Of a stretch of 64,000 bases of DNA, positions 9,507 to 19,163 are shown piece by piece (the stretch's first letter is position 1; the number at the start of each line of letters is the position of its first letter). The notes under the pieces are model-generated. The model was not told where the DNA came from and searched no databases. It saw only the letters and a list, made by a program, of their open reading frames with translations. The stretch comes from a virus. Made by a program: the position numbers and the translations under genes. Where the stretch lies: positions 32,001 to 96,000 of IMG/VR virus record IMGVR_UViG_3300023440_000001, one strand, 5' to 3'.

Positions 9507-10627
9507 TTACCCTTTCTAATGTTGATAATACTTCGATTGAAATACCGGTTGGCCATGGATGGCTCACGCATGGTATTTTCATGAAGCTGATTACGCTTCT
9601 CCTGAAACTCTTCCGTTTGTGGTATAATGATATCCAGATTAAACTTGGTGGCTTCATGTAGGCTCTGTTGACGCTCTAACATCAATCTTAACGGAATGGC
9701 ATGTGGATTGACGCTATTGTTTTCAGCTGATTCGGTTGATGGAGTATGCAATGCCCAGTGAGTGGCATAGTTGATTACTTCCGTGGCCGCCTGAATACAA
9801 TCGATTGCCTGGTTACCGGACTGGGTAACCTCACCTTCCATTAGACCGCTCAGATCCGGATCGTCAAACTCCTCTCCGCCATCCCATTTGAATACGTTGC
9901 CCTTCTGTACCCATTCAAACATGCGTCTGGCTTTCTTCTCCAGTTTGCGGCGTATCCGCTTTACCACCCGACCGGCAATGGGAACCTTTTCCAGCTTGGT
10001 CTTCTTAATCAGGCCGGCCATAAACTGATAGACAAACCCCAGCAACATTCGCCACAGTATCTTCAGCAGACTGAAACGGGTTACTCGCTGTCGATCCTCT
10101 ATTATGGATTCCAGTGTTCGGGTTTCAGCCGGTAACTGCATGTCCATCAGGTTCAGTTCGGCTACGTCACGGCAGCTCATATCATCCGGAAATCGCACGT
10201 CTGGCACACGGTAACCATCCGGACCGGGCTCGGTAAAGAGCAATTGTGATGGCTCAAACCCATACTGAGCCAGAAAGGCATTGTTCATGATGCGCACCGC
10301 CCGATCGAATACTTCATATGTAATACTGTTTGTATCATCATTTCCCAAACGTCGTACGGCTTCAGCCAGTCGGGGACGTTCTGCAGCGTCTACCGGTATG
10401 GAAAGTGCTTCGAGTTGCCGGTCAATCTCTTCCCGCAATTCCCGGAGTTCCTGATCCGCCTGAAGCGCATCGTCGAGCAGCTGCTGATAGGTCTGCTTTT
10501 GTTGCCGCTCTTCTTCGGTGGGTTCATCCTCCAGGCGTACTTCAATCTTCGGGTCGCCCATTACCCTTGGTCGTTCATACTCAATTTCGGGTCGATAGTC
10601 CAGTATTCCAGTCTTCTTGCGTGCCAT
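9503..10627 (-). CDS. Hypothetical protein
   Basis: 374-aa ORF with GAGG RBS, preceded by TGACATAYCTA motif. Confidence 0.7.
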   Translation of the reverse strand: MARKKTGILDYRPEIEYERPRVMGDPKIEVRLEDEPTEEERQQKQTYQQLLDDALQADQELRELREEIDRQLEALSIPVDAAERPRLAEAVRRLGNDDTNSITYEVFDRAVRIMNNAFLAQYGFEPSQLLFTEPGPDGYRVPDVRFPDDMSCRDVAELNLMDMQLPAETRTLESIIEDRQRVTRFSLLKILWRMLLGFVYQFMAGLIKKTKLEKVPIAGRVVKRIRRKLEKKARRMFEWVQKGNVFKWDGGEEFDDPDLSGLMEGEVTQSGNQAIDCIQAATEVINYATHWALHTPSTESAENNSVNPHAIPLRLMLERQQSLHEATKFNLDIIIPQTEEFQEKRNQLHENTMREPSMANRYFNRSIINIRKGK

Positions 10628-10700
10628 TCGTCACCTCATTTTATCAGTGAGCCGGCTCTTAGTAAATGACTCAGAGCGGCTCACTATAGATATGTCACAC

Positions 10701-11285
10701 TTAGTTCGGCAGTGTGTCCTGCTGAGGGACGATTTTGCAGATGATCAGCTCCTGGACAGTACTGGTTTTCAGGACTCTAAAAGATACCAGTGCATCGAAC
10801 TGGCGACCGTTGCGCCCCATGATACGGGCACGGATCTCGCCTTTTCGTGGTACATCGACGGTGGGCAGCCAGTAGAGGATATTCAGGAAGGGAATCTCAT
10901 CCTTGCGGTATCCGGTATATGTGAGAAACCGGCGGTTGGTCTCCATGATATAACCGGATCGGTTTACAAGAATGACCGGGCAATCGAACTCTTCAGCCAT
11001 GGTATGCCAGAGTTCTCTCAGGGTCTCTAATTGTTTGGTGGGAGAAACATCTTCGACGTATTCAGGATTAACCAGCTGGGCCACATCACAGTCCAGTTCC
11101 TTGGCCAGTCGCATGAGCGTATCCAGCGACACATTGGTACGTGTACCGTTTTCGATCTTGGATACATATGTGCGGTGTAATCCGGCACGAATGCTGAGCT
11201 GCGCCTGGCTGATATTCTTCAGGATTCGCAGGTCGCGAATGCGTTGAGCGATATGCTCGGCGGGTACCTTCTTAACAAACGACAT
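10701..11285 (-). CDS. XRE-HTH + PAS regulator (repressor-like)
   Basis: ISQAQLSIRAGLHRTYVSKIENG HTH; VILVNRSGYIMETNRRFLTYTGY...EI PAS signature. Confidence 0.85.
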   Translation of the reverse strand: MSFVKKVPAEHIAQRIRDLRILKNISQAQLSIRAGLHRTYVSKIENGTRTNVSLDTLMRLAKELDCDVAQLVNPEYVEDVSPTKQLETLRELWHTMAEEFDCPVILVNRSGYIMETNRRFLTYTGYRKDEIPFLNILYWLPTVDVPRKGEIRARIMGRNGRQFDALVSFRVLKTSTVQELIICKIVPQQDTLPN

Positions 11286-11379
11286 GTGAATTCCTCCAGT
11301 GAATAGTGTAATACCATTGTGAGATCGTGTAACAAGGGATTGATGCCTTGTTTATTGTAAAGGTGGAGCCAAAAAGTGC

Positions 11380-11408
11380 TTGCATGTTTCGCCAATATGT
11401 TGTATATT
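11380..11408 (+). promoter_or_regulatory. sigma70-type promoter
   Basis: TTGCAT-17 bp-TATATT. Confidence 0.6.
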
Positions 11409-11440
11409 TCAGCCATCATAATAAACAAAATGAACAATAC

Positions 11441-11459
11441 ATTATCCATATTGGATAAT
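11441..11459. promoter_or_regulatory. Palindromic operator-like site ATTATCCA-TAT-TGGATAAT
   Basis: Perfect 8-bp inverted repeat between divergent regulators; near-copies at 15557 and 15616. Confidence 0.55.
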
Positions 11460-11484
11460 CAAATATACATAACAGAGGAGGAGA

Positions 11485-12060
11485 TTGCAAATGGTTTTTC
11501 AAATCGATGAGACCAGACAGGCCGTCCTTGACATAGAACAGGAGCTTCAACCCCTTTACGAGAAGTTTGCCCAGAACGAAGAGGAAGAGTCCGACATCCA
11601 GGAGTACGAACAGCAGATCCGGGAGTTCTTCAGCCGCAATGTAGCATTTCTGCGGCAATATCTGGGGTTTGTCACTCGCATGGAAGCGTTCAGCCGAGAT
11701 GAGTTTGCTGAATTACTGGGTGTTTCACCGGCTACGGTTAAATGGTGGGAACTGGCCAAAGGACTTCCCAACTATTCTTCTGTGCGAGCTCTGCTGCGAT
11801 TGACGAATAAGGTATTACAACTGGAACAACCTTTCCATTACGGCGATATCTACTGCCGTAACATTGCTCGTTCGATCATTCAAAAAGTACCCGCTCGCCT
11901 GAATGGCATCAATGCACTCGTTCAAGCGCTGTCGGGTATGCCACAAGAGGAGCGCCGACGGTTTATCACTTCGGCCCTGAATAACATCAGCGAACTAAAA
12001 CGTTTCGTGGAGGAAGAACATGCCAACAGCAACAGAGAAGCACCCAACACTGGTCCTTGA
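11485..12060 (+). CDS. XRE-HTH regulator, paralog of the N-terminus of 12446..13666
   Basis: SRDEFAELLGVSPATVKWWELAKGLP. Confidence 0.8.
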   Translation: MQMVFQIDETRQAVLDIEQELQPLYEKFAQNEEEESDIQEYEQQIREFFSRNVAFLRQYLGFVTRMEAFSRDEFAELLGVSPATVKWWELAKGLPNYSSVRALLRLTNKVLQLEQPFHYGDIYCRNIARSIIQKVPARLNGINALVQALSGMPQEERRRFITSALNNISELKRFVEEEHANSNREAPNTGP

Positions 12061-12439
12061 TGTTAAAGGCAAAGTTATTGATTGTGATCCGCAATTTGAA
12101 CACTTCCTGGGCTTTCCCTATATGCGTCTTATAGGGGAGCCGCTGACTGCTATTACACGCTCTATTGAGAACCTATCCGACTTCCTCAGGCAGGTGATAC
12201 AGAGCGGTCCCATCCGTGGCTGGTGGGACATAAAACTGAGTGGAGATCGCCGGATATATGGATTCTATAAGATGGTCTTTGATGCGCAGAAGTACAGATA
12301 TTATGTGTATATCCACGACTTCAAACTTCATATGGATATCAACACCGCTCTATCATCTCTGATTGCCGAGTTTGAAAATGAAGACATCCTGCAACTTCTG
12401 GCACTGGCTGGTCAGCTTATAACCCACAAACAACAATGA
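12020..12439 (+). CDS. Stand-alone PAS-domain protein
   Basis: LVLDVKGKVIDCDPQFEHFLGFPYMRLIGEPL; own GGAGG RBS. Confidence 0.7.
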   Translation: MPTATEKHPTLVLDVKGKVIDCDPQFEHFLGFPYMRLIGEPLTAITRSIENLSDFLRQVIQSGPIRGWWDIKLSGDRRIYGFYKMVFDAQKYRYYVYIHDFKLHMDINTALSSLIAEFENEDILQLLALAGQLITHKQQ

Positions 12440-12445
12440 TGTAAT

Positions 12446-13666
12446 ATGACTGATGAGATATTCATACCGGTAAAGGTAGAAGAAAGACTCGCCGAACTGT
12501 ACAACAAAATGGTCAGCGAAGAGGAAACCAGTAGCGACATTGATAAACATGAAGATGACATTAAGATTCTATTCAGCAAGAACCTGCAATTCCTGAGAAT
12601 GTATCTGGGATTCTGGGCGGTCGGGGAACCGTATACCCGGACTGAGTTTGCCAGCATGCTGAACGTATCAGTACCGACACTTAAGAACTGGGAGCTGGGA
12701 TACTCCCTACCGAATCACTACTCCCTGAAGCGTATCATATCGGTCGTCAAGAAGGTTCTAAATGTTGAACTGCGTCCAGAACAGCTCTACTGCAAATCCA
12801 TCTCCCACATCATATCTGCCCTTCAGCTGGGTATGGATGAAGTTTCCTACAAGACCATATCCGAGGGTGTGGAAAAGGTCGGTGCGAATGAAATGTTGAA
12901 CATCATTCTTAACCGTTCCGTCGAGTACCATGACATCTTTCATATCCTGGTAGAACACGCGCCCATCGGCGTCTATATGTTTCAGGATTACCGGCTTATG
13001 TTCGTTAACCCGGCCATGGCAAATGGGCTCGGTTACCAGCCTGAAGAACTTATAGGAAAGTCCATAATGGAGCTTATTCATCCAGATGACACTGCCCTGG
13101 TGAACAGGATGATACAGGAACGGCTCGTCGGGAGAATGGAGTTTGTGGAGTATACCCTGAGATTGCTTTCCAAGGACGGACATATACGTTACTGGCGGGT
13201 AAAGGGATCGGTCACTCTATATAAAGATAAGCCGGCCATCATCGGTACGGCTGTGGACTTTGGACACTTTATAACGTCATCTTCTCTGTTTGAAGGGTGT
13301 ATGAATCGCAATCCACTGAGTTTGCGACCGTTCATTAATGAAGCATCCCAGGCGACGGTTGTCATGCGTTGCGTCGGTACCCGTGCTAACAAATGTGAAG
13401 ACTTTGTGATATCGGTTTTCAATGATAAGGCTGACGCCTTTCTCCGGCAATTCGGAATTGTTCTTCAGCCCGGTATTCGCGTTAGTCAGCTGCTAATCAA
13501 TCATCCGGATGTGGTTCGGGAGTTATGCAATATATACTGTAATGACAAATACCGGGTATACCGTCGATTAAAGCTTAAGGCACCAAATGAGACGATCGTA
13601 AACACACGGTTTCGGGTGATTCGTTTCCCACTAACCGAATATATTGTTGTGCAGTTTGAAATATAG
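12446..13666 (+). CDS. XRE-HTH + PAS (+ second PAS-like) regulator
   Basis: TRTEFASMLNVSVPTLKNWE; canonical PAS FVNPAMANGLGYQPEELIGKSIMELIHPDD...KDG. Confidence 0.88.
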   Translation: MTDEIFIPVKVEERLAELYNKMVSEEETSSDIDKHEDDIKILFSKNLQFLRMYLGFWAVGEPYTRTEFASMLNVSVPTLKNWELGYSLPNHYSLKRIISVVKKVLNVELRPEQLYCKSISHIISALQLGMDEVSYKTISEGVEKVGANEMLNIILNRSVEYHDIFHILVEHAPIGVYMFQDYRLMFVNPAMANGLGYQPEELIGKSIMELIHPDDTALVNRMIQERLVGRMEFVEYTLRLLSKDGHIRYWRVKGSVTLYKDKPAIIGTAVDFGHFITSSSLFEGCMNRNPLSLRPFINEASQATVVMRCVGTRANKCEDFVISVFNDKADAFLRQFGIVLQPGIRVSQLLINHPDVVRELCNIYCNDKYRVYRRLKLKAPNETIVNTRFRVIRFPLTEYIVVQFEI

Positions 13667-13668
13667 TA

Positions 13669-13697
13669 TTGCGTAATTAGGGGCACTTTAGTATATT
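13669..13697 (+). promoter_or_regulatory. sigma70-type promoter for parA
   Basis: TTGCGT-17 bp-TATATT. Confidence 0.55.
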
Positions 13698-13723
13698 CTC
13701 CTAAAACCAGGAGGATATACATT

Positions 13724-14590
13724 ATGAAAAAGCGCCCTATAGTTCTGAGTATAAGCAACCAAAAGGGTGGAGTTGGGAAGACCACAACCGTATGCGCACT
13801 GGCGGAGACCTTTGCCCATAAGGGTTTTCGTGTTGGAGTGATCGATACGGATCCCCAATCTAATACTACCAGCATACTGGGTAAACCCCCTTATTCACAG
13901 GCCGAAAACATCATTGCCGTCCTGGATCCGGAGTTTGATCGACCTATCTCTGCCCTGTTTGTAGAGTCTCCGAAGATTAAGAACCTCTATCTCCTACCCT
14001 CTTCCATAAAGGCGGCTGGAATGTGGCCCGGTCTGTATGGACGTCTGAACGAATATATGATTAATATATACAGTTTATTGGCCAGGTACCTTTCGCAAGA
14101 TGCAACAATCAATGAGGACTTTGATGTCATAATAATAGATACACCACCCTCACTGGATCTGCCCATGATTAACGCACTGTCTTCCTCTGACTACGTAATA
14201 ATCCCCGTGCAGTCCGGAGACCCCTTCTCCCTAGACGGGTGGTCCGAGCTTTATCTCACCATTCAGAAGGTAAAGAAGAACACCAACGAGCGACTGGAGA
14301 TCCTGGGTATCCTGATTACCTATCACGATCCCAGATTTAACGTATGCAAATCCAACTACAGCTATATCCATGATCGTTTTCGTAGAGAAGGTATTCGGGT
14401 CTTTAATACCTACATCAGTGCTTCAGTGGAAGTCAAACTGTCTCACGTGACGAGAAAACCCATCACCATCTTTAATAAGAGTCATAAAGTCAGCGAACAG
14501 TACCGCGAGCTGACAGATGAAATCATTCAAATCCTAGGAGGTCAAATTGGCAAGGAAGAAACCAAAGAAGTCGAAGAGGCCAACAGTTGA
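13724..14590 (+). CDS. parA: ParA/Soj partition ATPase
   Basis: NQKGGVGKTT, IDTDPQ, IIIDTPP. Confidence 0.95.
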   Translation: MKKRPIVLSISNQKGGVGKTTTVCALAETFAHKGFRVGVIDTDPQSNTTSILGKPPYSQAENIIAVLDPEFDRPISALFVESPKIKNLYLLPSSIKAAGMWPGLYGRLNEYMINIYSLLARYLSQDATINEDFDVIIIDTPPSLDLPMINALSSSDYVIIPVQSGDPFSLDGWSELYLTIQKVKKNTNERLEILGILITYHDPRFNVCKSNYSYIHDRFRREGIRVFNTYISASVEVKLSHVTRKPITIFNKSHKVSEQYRELTDEIIQILGGQIGKEETKEVEEANS

Positions 14591-15443
14591 CGACATCAAT
14601 CAAATGTGGGGTGTTAGTGATGAGATACGCTCCGATGGTGATGTACTGGATGAATTCCCTGGCTTCGTAAAGAATAGTGTACAAAAAGACACGTACCCAC
14701 AGGATACAGGAGACGTACCTGGTACATACGACATACCACGTACGCCAGACGTACCCGATACTACCGACGTATTGCATACAGGAGACGTACCCGATACAAA
14801 AGACGTACTACATACTCCTGATGTATCCAATACACCTGACGTGCCAGGTACATCAGATGTGCCACATACGACTGGTGTGCCGGATACAGATAGTGTACGC
14901 CGACCGTCAGACGTACCCAGAAAGTACGTCAGACGTACCTCCTCACTGGACAAATATCAATGGAGCATCGATGTATATCGTCGCTGCATTCCAGATCAGA
15001 AGTCCAGAATCAAGCGCCTCTTGTTAAGGGGTATAGGTAAGTTCGTACCAAACAAACGATCTATGTTAACCCGTCGGCTATTCTCGACCATGGTTTTCGA
15101 TGAACTGTCTGATTTATTAAAAGGCAACTGGAAGATGAAGCGGGATATACCTTACTACAGGAAGGTGTGGAAAAGCCTACAGCGCGAAGGATATCTATCC
15201 TTAATCGATATGAGATTAGATGGACCACTCCATGAGCGTGGTTCGATATTTAAGGTCAAGTTTCCTTTATGGGTCGATACAAACAAAGACGTGAAGAAAG
15301 TCAGCACCAGACGCCTGATACTGGATTGTATATTGTGTACAGAATACCTAAAAGACGGCGATCTATCGGTCTTGCCTTACTTTGATATGGTTCAAAAAGA
15401 GTTGAAGAAGCGAAAGATAGATACAGAACCATTATGTTCCTAA
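14547..15443 (+). CDS. Putative partition partner with hexapeptide DVPxTx repeats
   Basis: Overlaps parA; about 12 six-residue repeats; basic C-terminal domain; no canonical ParB motif seen. Confidence 0.6.
   Translation: MARKKPKKSKRPTVDDINQMWGVSDEIRSDGDVLDEFPGFVKNSVQKDTYPQDTGDVPGTYDIPRTPDVPDTTDVLHTGDVPDTKDVLHTPDVSNTPDVPGTSDVPHTTGVPDTDSVRRPSDVPRKYVRRTSSLDKYQWSIDVYRRCIPDQKSRIKRLLLRGIGKFVPNKRSMLTRRLFSTMVFDELSDLLKGNWKMKRDIPYYRKVWKSLQREGYLSLIDMRLDGPLHERGSIFKVKFPLWVDTNKDVKKVSTRRLILDCILCTEYLKDGDLSVLPYFDMVQKELKKRKIDTEPLCS
14700..14920 (+). repeat. Imperfect 18-bp tandem repeat (GAYGTACC core)
   Basis: Encodes DVPGTY/DIPRTP/DVPDTT/DVLHTG... Confidence 0.8.
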
Positions 15444-15721
15444 AGGGTCGCTTACTGGTTCTCAAGGGGTCGTTAAGATGTTCCTAAAGGGTCGCTTAAT
15501 TGTACCCAACTGGTCGTCAGCTGACCAACTATTTGCTATTTTGCTTGACTAATTGGTATCCATATTAGATATTAATCGCTCTTTTGTATATAGGCTTATT
15601 GATTATGGCTAAATCATTATCCATATTGGACAAAGTTAAGCGACCCTTTAGGTACGTTCAAACGACCCTTTAGGTACCTGCATGCGATACCCTGGGTACC
15701 ACTAAGCGACCCTTTAGGTAC
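15435..15721. repeat. Iteron origin: 4 direct + 4 inverted repeats, 22-bp period
   Basis: GT(T/A)CCTAAAGGGTCGCTTA-like at ~15435, 15457, 15479, 15501; reverse copies at ~15637, 15659, 15681, 15703; AT-rich centre; upstream of rep. Confidence 0.85.
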
Positions 15722-15876
15722 GTAGTCAATTGGAAGTATAAGAATCGTAAGTATTATAATAGCATTGGTTATATATATGGACGTTTCTTTTGCACATAGA
15801 ATCGTTATGCTCTAATCAATAAATGAATATATACTACTTAGTTATACTTGATTAATTAGTTAATTGGAATTTCAAT

Positions 15877-17358
15877 ATGAAAGACAACAAACAACTGATC
15901 GCACCGGATATCGTATCCTTTACCCACTATCCATTTGGGTTCTTGAAGACACCCGAGAATCGTCCCCATCATATTATTGATATTCGTGGGCGTATTACCT
16001 ATGATGGAAAGGTAAACGAATATCGCTGGGTTGTTAAGGGAGATAAAGTTGCCGGACTCCCGGTTGGTTCTGAAAATGACCTGGAAGCATTCGTCCATAT
16101 TGAGCAAGCCCGCAGTGCCAGCACCGATAGTTTCGAAGTCAGCAAACAGCACATACTCCACCAACTTGGCTATCCAAATAACGGAAAGTACCATCTCATC
16201 ATTAACAATGCTATTACCAAGTTTCGAAAACTGAACATAACCGCATTCAACTGTCTGATGGATCCTAAACGGGGTAAGTTCTATAAGGCACTGACTTTCC
16301 CATTCTTTGATTCAGTTGGCATTCTGGGCCGTGGAGATGCTGTCAACGAGATCGATATGAGCATTGATGCCGAGCAGGTACTGGAGCAACTGTCTTCCAT
16401 GCGGCACGTTGCCTTTGTCTTTACCCTATCAAAGCCACTTCGAAGGCTGTTGGATTCTTCAAACGCCATCCCGCTGGATTGGGATATCTATGTAAGTCTG
16501 CCCGAGATTAAAAGCCGCATGTTATACCGTACTGTGAATAAGTTGAGTCATTTTAACATTGACTATATTGAACTTCGGGAAATGGGGAAGCTGCTTTCTT
16601 TGGCCTTTTATCGTAACTCTCGTATTCGAGCATCGCTGGAGAAACCCCTGGACGTACTGAAACAGGCTGGTGTCATTCATGACTATCGATTTACCGAAGA
16701 CAATGGTATCCATTTTAAGTTTAACCCCATTCGGACACAGGTTAAATCCAGCGACAGTACCCGTAAGCACCCACTTTATGAATATCTTGTCAACAAAACC
16801 AATGTGAATCCGCGCTCGGCTCGAGACTGCGTGGAGAGCTTATATTGGCGTGAGGAAGACAAAAGATGGGTCATTCGTTTCTATGAATCTCATAAGAAAC
16901 AACGTGGCTGGAATGACGGGATGCTGGTATTACTACTGAAGGGAGACCAGGAAAAGGTAAAGGATGAACTTCTGGAAGCTCGTCAATGGATCGATCAGAT
17001 GAAAGCGCAGACCAAATCAAAGGAAAGTGAACAGGAAGCCCGGGAGTATTCGAACAAACTTGATGAAATGCTGGTCAAAGCAGTTACTGAGCTTACAGAA
17101 GATGAGCTGAAAGCCCTCTACGAGTGGTCTGTTGAGAATCTTGATAACTTCAGTGTCGAACACCTGAGAAAGAATATGGCTGCAGTAAACAGTGTTCGAG
17201 AGTTGCTCGCATCACCCATCTGCAAAGGATACTTCATAAAGGCATTTCAGGAAGTATATCCGGAAAGGTTCAGAGAGATGCAAAACGCAGCCAGGAATGG
17301 CAAACGAAAGGGTAGGGAAGTGGTCAGAAATGCTATACAGCGTTCCTTATTCGAATAA
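15877..17358 (+). CDS. Plasmid-type replication initiator protein
   Basis: HYPFGFL, GLPVGSENDL, tandem wHTH-type Rep layout (IPLDWDIYVSL...SRMLYR); next to iterons and parA. Confidence 0.75.
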   Translation: MKDNKQLIAPDIVSFTHYPFGFLKTPENRPHHIIDIRGRITYDGKVNEYRWVVKGDKVAGLPVGSENDLEAFVHIEQARSASTDSFEVSKQHILHQLGYPNNGKYHLIINNAITKFRKLNITAFNCLMDPKRGKFYKALTFPFFDSVGILGRGDAVNEIDMSIDAEQVLEQLSSMRHVAFVFTLSKPLRRLLDSSNAIPLDWDIYVSLPEIKSRMLYRTVNKLSHFNIDYIELREMGKLLSLAFYRNSRIRASLEKPLDVLKQAGVIHDYRFTEDNGIHFKFNPIRTQVKSSDSTRKHPLYEYLVNKTNVNPRSARDCVESLYWREEDKRWVIRFYESHKKQRGWNDGMLVLLLKGDQEKVKDELLEARQWIDQMKAQTKSKESEQEAREYSNKLDEMLVKAVTELTEDELKALYEWSVENLDNFSVEHLRKNMAAVNSVRELLASPICKGYFIKAFQEVYPERFREMQNAARNGKRKGREVVRNAIQRSLFE

Positions 17359-17538
17359 GTCTATGTACCGGTCTGCTTGATAGTAACGATCCGCATTGTC
17401 TTCGTTCTTCTCCAGAGCTGTGATCAGTCGAAAGGCAATGTGCCTTTCTTCTTTTCGGAGTATTCCCACCATTTTGTTCTTTACCGATAGCAAGTATGAT
17501 AACTCCTTTATAATATCAGTGTTATTCATAACACCTCC

Positions 17539-18504
17539 TTAAAATGGCAACTCTACATCTTTATCATCTATTATTACTTCATCCAGTTTATCCAGCACCT
17601 CATCGGTGGAAGGCTCCTTCTTCTGGCGCTTTCCCAGAACCAGTGTTTCCCAGACCCGCCGATCTGTCTCTTCCCGCTTTCCCCAGCACAGATTCTTAAA
17701 CTCACACCAGTAACATTCCTGACTATTCTGTTCGACCTTCGGAAAGTCACCATTAACCGTATATTTGGTTATGGCTTCAGCTGCTTCAACAACCGTATCG
17801 TTTAGTCTGTCGAAGTGCTCTTTCTTCCGGGTAGCGGTAAAGGTTCTGGCAACAGGCCAGAGTTTCTCCACGACAACAGGTCGTCCGTTCCGATCCCGCT
17901 TGATTCGACCATGCTTATCCTTCACTTCTTTGCGTCGCAACTCAAACCAGTGCAGGTTAAAACCCACCTTCTTCTTCCCCGTGGCAAAAGCATACAAGGT
18001 CAGCTGCATATCTTCATCCGGATCATAGTTCTTTAATGGGTTCTTTGCCGAGAACTTGAACTTGTGATCCAGAATGTACTCGGATGTCTCCAGGTCCACG
18101 TATCCCAGTATGGGCACACCATCAAACTCCAGGCGAATCTCCATTTCAGTGCTGATGGGATCTACAGAGCCTGCCAGATGTTTCATATGAGCCGCCAGCA
18201 TGGCACGTCCCATAGCAACAAACTCTTCTTCGCTCTTGTTTACCCAGTTATCAATCCGGTGTTTGTTTCTGGCAAACTCTTCCTGGAATACCCGTAACAC
18301 TTCATTCAGCGGCAGGTCTTCACCCGTCTCTATCTTGTGGATATAGTTCTTCTCCAGCGCCGTATGTGTTGCCCCGCCAGCAACCAGATAGGGGGTGATA
18401 GAGCCCAGTCCTTCAACATAGTTGAAGTAATACTTCCGTGGACAGGCCTTCAGCAGCTTAATCTGCGATATCGATAAATGTGGCTTTGGTAATATATAAT
18501 CCAT
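17539..18504 (-). CDS. PD-(D/E)XK RecB-family exonuclease
   Basis: HLSISQ...CPRKYY, GYVDL, LDHK, QLTLY, CYWCEFKNLC. Confidence 0.85.
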   Translation of the reverse strand: MDYILPKPHLSISQIKLLKACPRKYYFNYVEGLGSITPYLVAGGATHTALEKNYIHKIETGEDLPLNEVLRVFQEEFARNKHRIDNWVNKSEEEFVAMGRAMLAAHMKHLAGSVDPISTEMEIRLEFDGVPILGYVDLETSEYILDHKFKFSAKNPLKNYDPDEDMQLTLYAFATGKKKVGFNLHWFELRRKEVKDKHGRIKRDRNGRPVVVEKLWPVARTFTATRKKEHFDRLNDTVVEAAEAITKYTVNGDFPKVEQNSQECYWCEFKNLCWGKREETDRRVWETLVLGKRQKKEPSTDEVLDKLDEVIIDDKDVELPF

Positions 18505-18506
18505 CC

Positions 18507-18782
18507 CTAGTTCTTCCTATCCGAACGTGTCATGAAAGACAGCGTCTTCTGCATGACCAGAATATCGAAGCGATCATCCTGGCCGCTTACCCATTTCAGG
18601 CAGGAGATATACCCCTGCAGAAGAAACATGTTCATGGTCATCTCGTATGACGGCCGTGACATGCGCATCTTGCTGTTCAACTCACCCAGCAGTTTCTCCA
18701 GTACTGCCAGTTTCTGCTCAATCTCTTGAGGGCTTCGAGTCACTTTTGTCCCCTTCGCTCTTTTTACTAACATAAAGTGCAA
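18507..18782 (-). CDS. Hypothetical protein
   Basis: ORF in minus-strand operon. Confidence 0.5.
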   Translation of the reverse strand: MHFMLVKRAKGTKVTRSPQEIEQKLAVLEKLLGELNSKMRMSRPSYEMTMNMFLLQGYISCLKWVSGQDDRFDILVMQKTLSFMTRSDRKN

Positions 18783-19163
18783 ATTCTGTACCTATCGTGT
18801 AAGTGTATGGTATTACTACACTTACACCCGACAAGTGGCAAAGCCCTCATTTCAGGCCCTTTTGGACGTATTGTCCAAATTAGCGAATGTCTCTACCAAG
18901 ATACTCGATCTGCTTGACTTTCCATCTCGAATCCGAAGCTCGATATGCTCGGTAAGCATTAGCGATAGCACTGTTTTCGTCTTCTCCGAGTACCACAACA
19001 GAGACTTCATCGCCCTTATCAGTTAAAAAGGTCACCTTGTAGTGGCTCAATTCCGACATTGATCCAGAGCCCCTCACAAATGATTAAACGGACCCCTCCA
19101 GAGGGGGTCTCATAGTAGGTATGTCAATCGAAGGGTGCCTGGAAGGCCTGTGTGGAAAGGTTT

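Noticed and set aside
12020-12060. Frameshift fusing the HTH and PAS ORFs
   Set aside because: The PAS ORF has its own GGAGG + ATG and no clear slippery site
14600-14953. Antisense repeat protein
   Set aside because: Shadow frame of the 18-bp repeat; no RBS
15435-15721. Repeat array as CRISPR
   Set aside because: 22-bp period leaves no spacers, there are two inverted blocks, and it lies next to rep: these are iterons
17539-18504. Cas4 / CRISPR locus
   Set aside because: Generic phage PD-(D/E)XK exonuclease; no cas operon or array in the window
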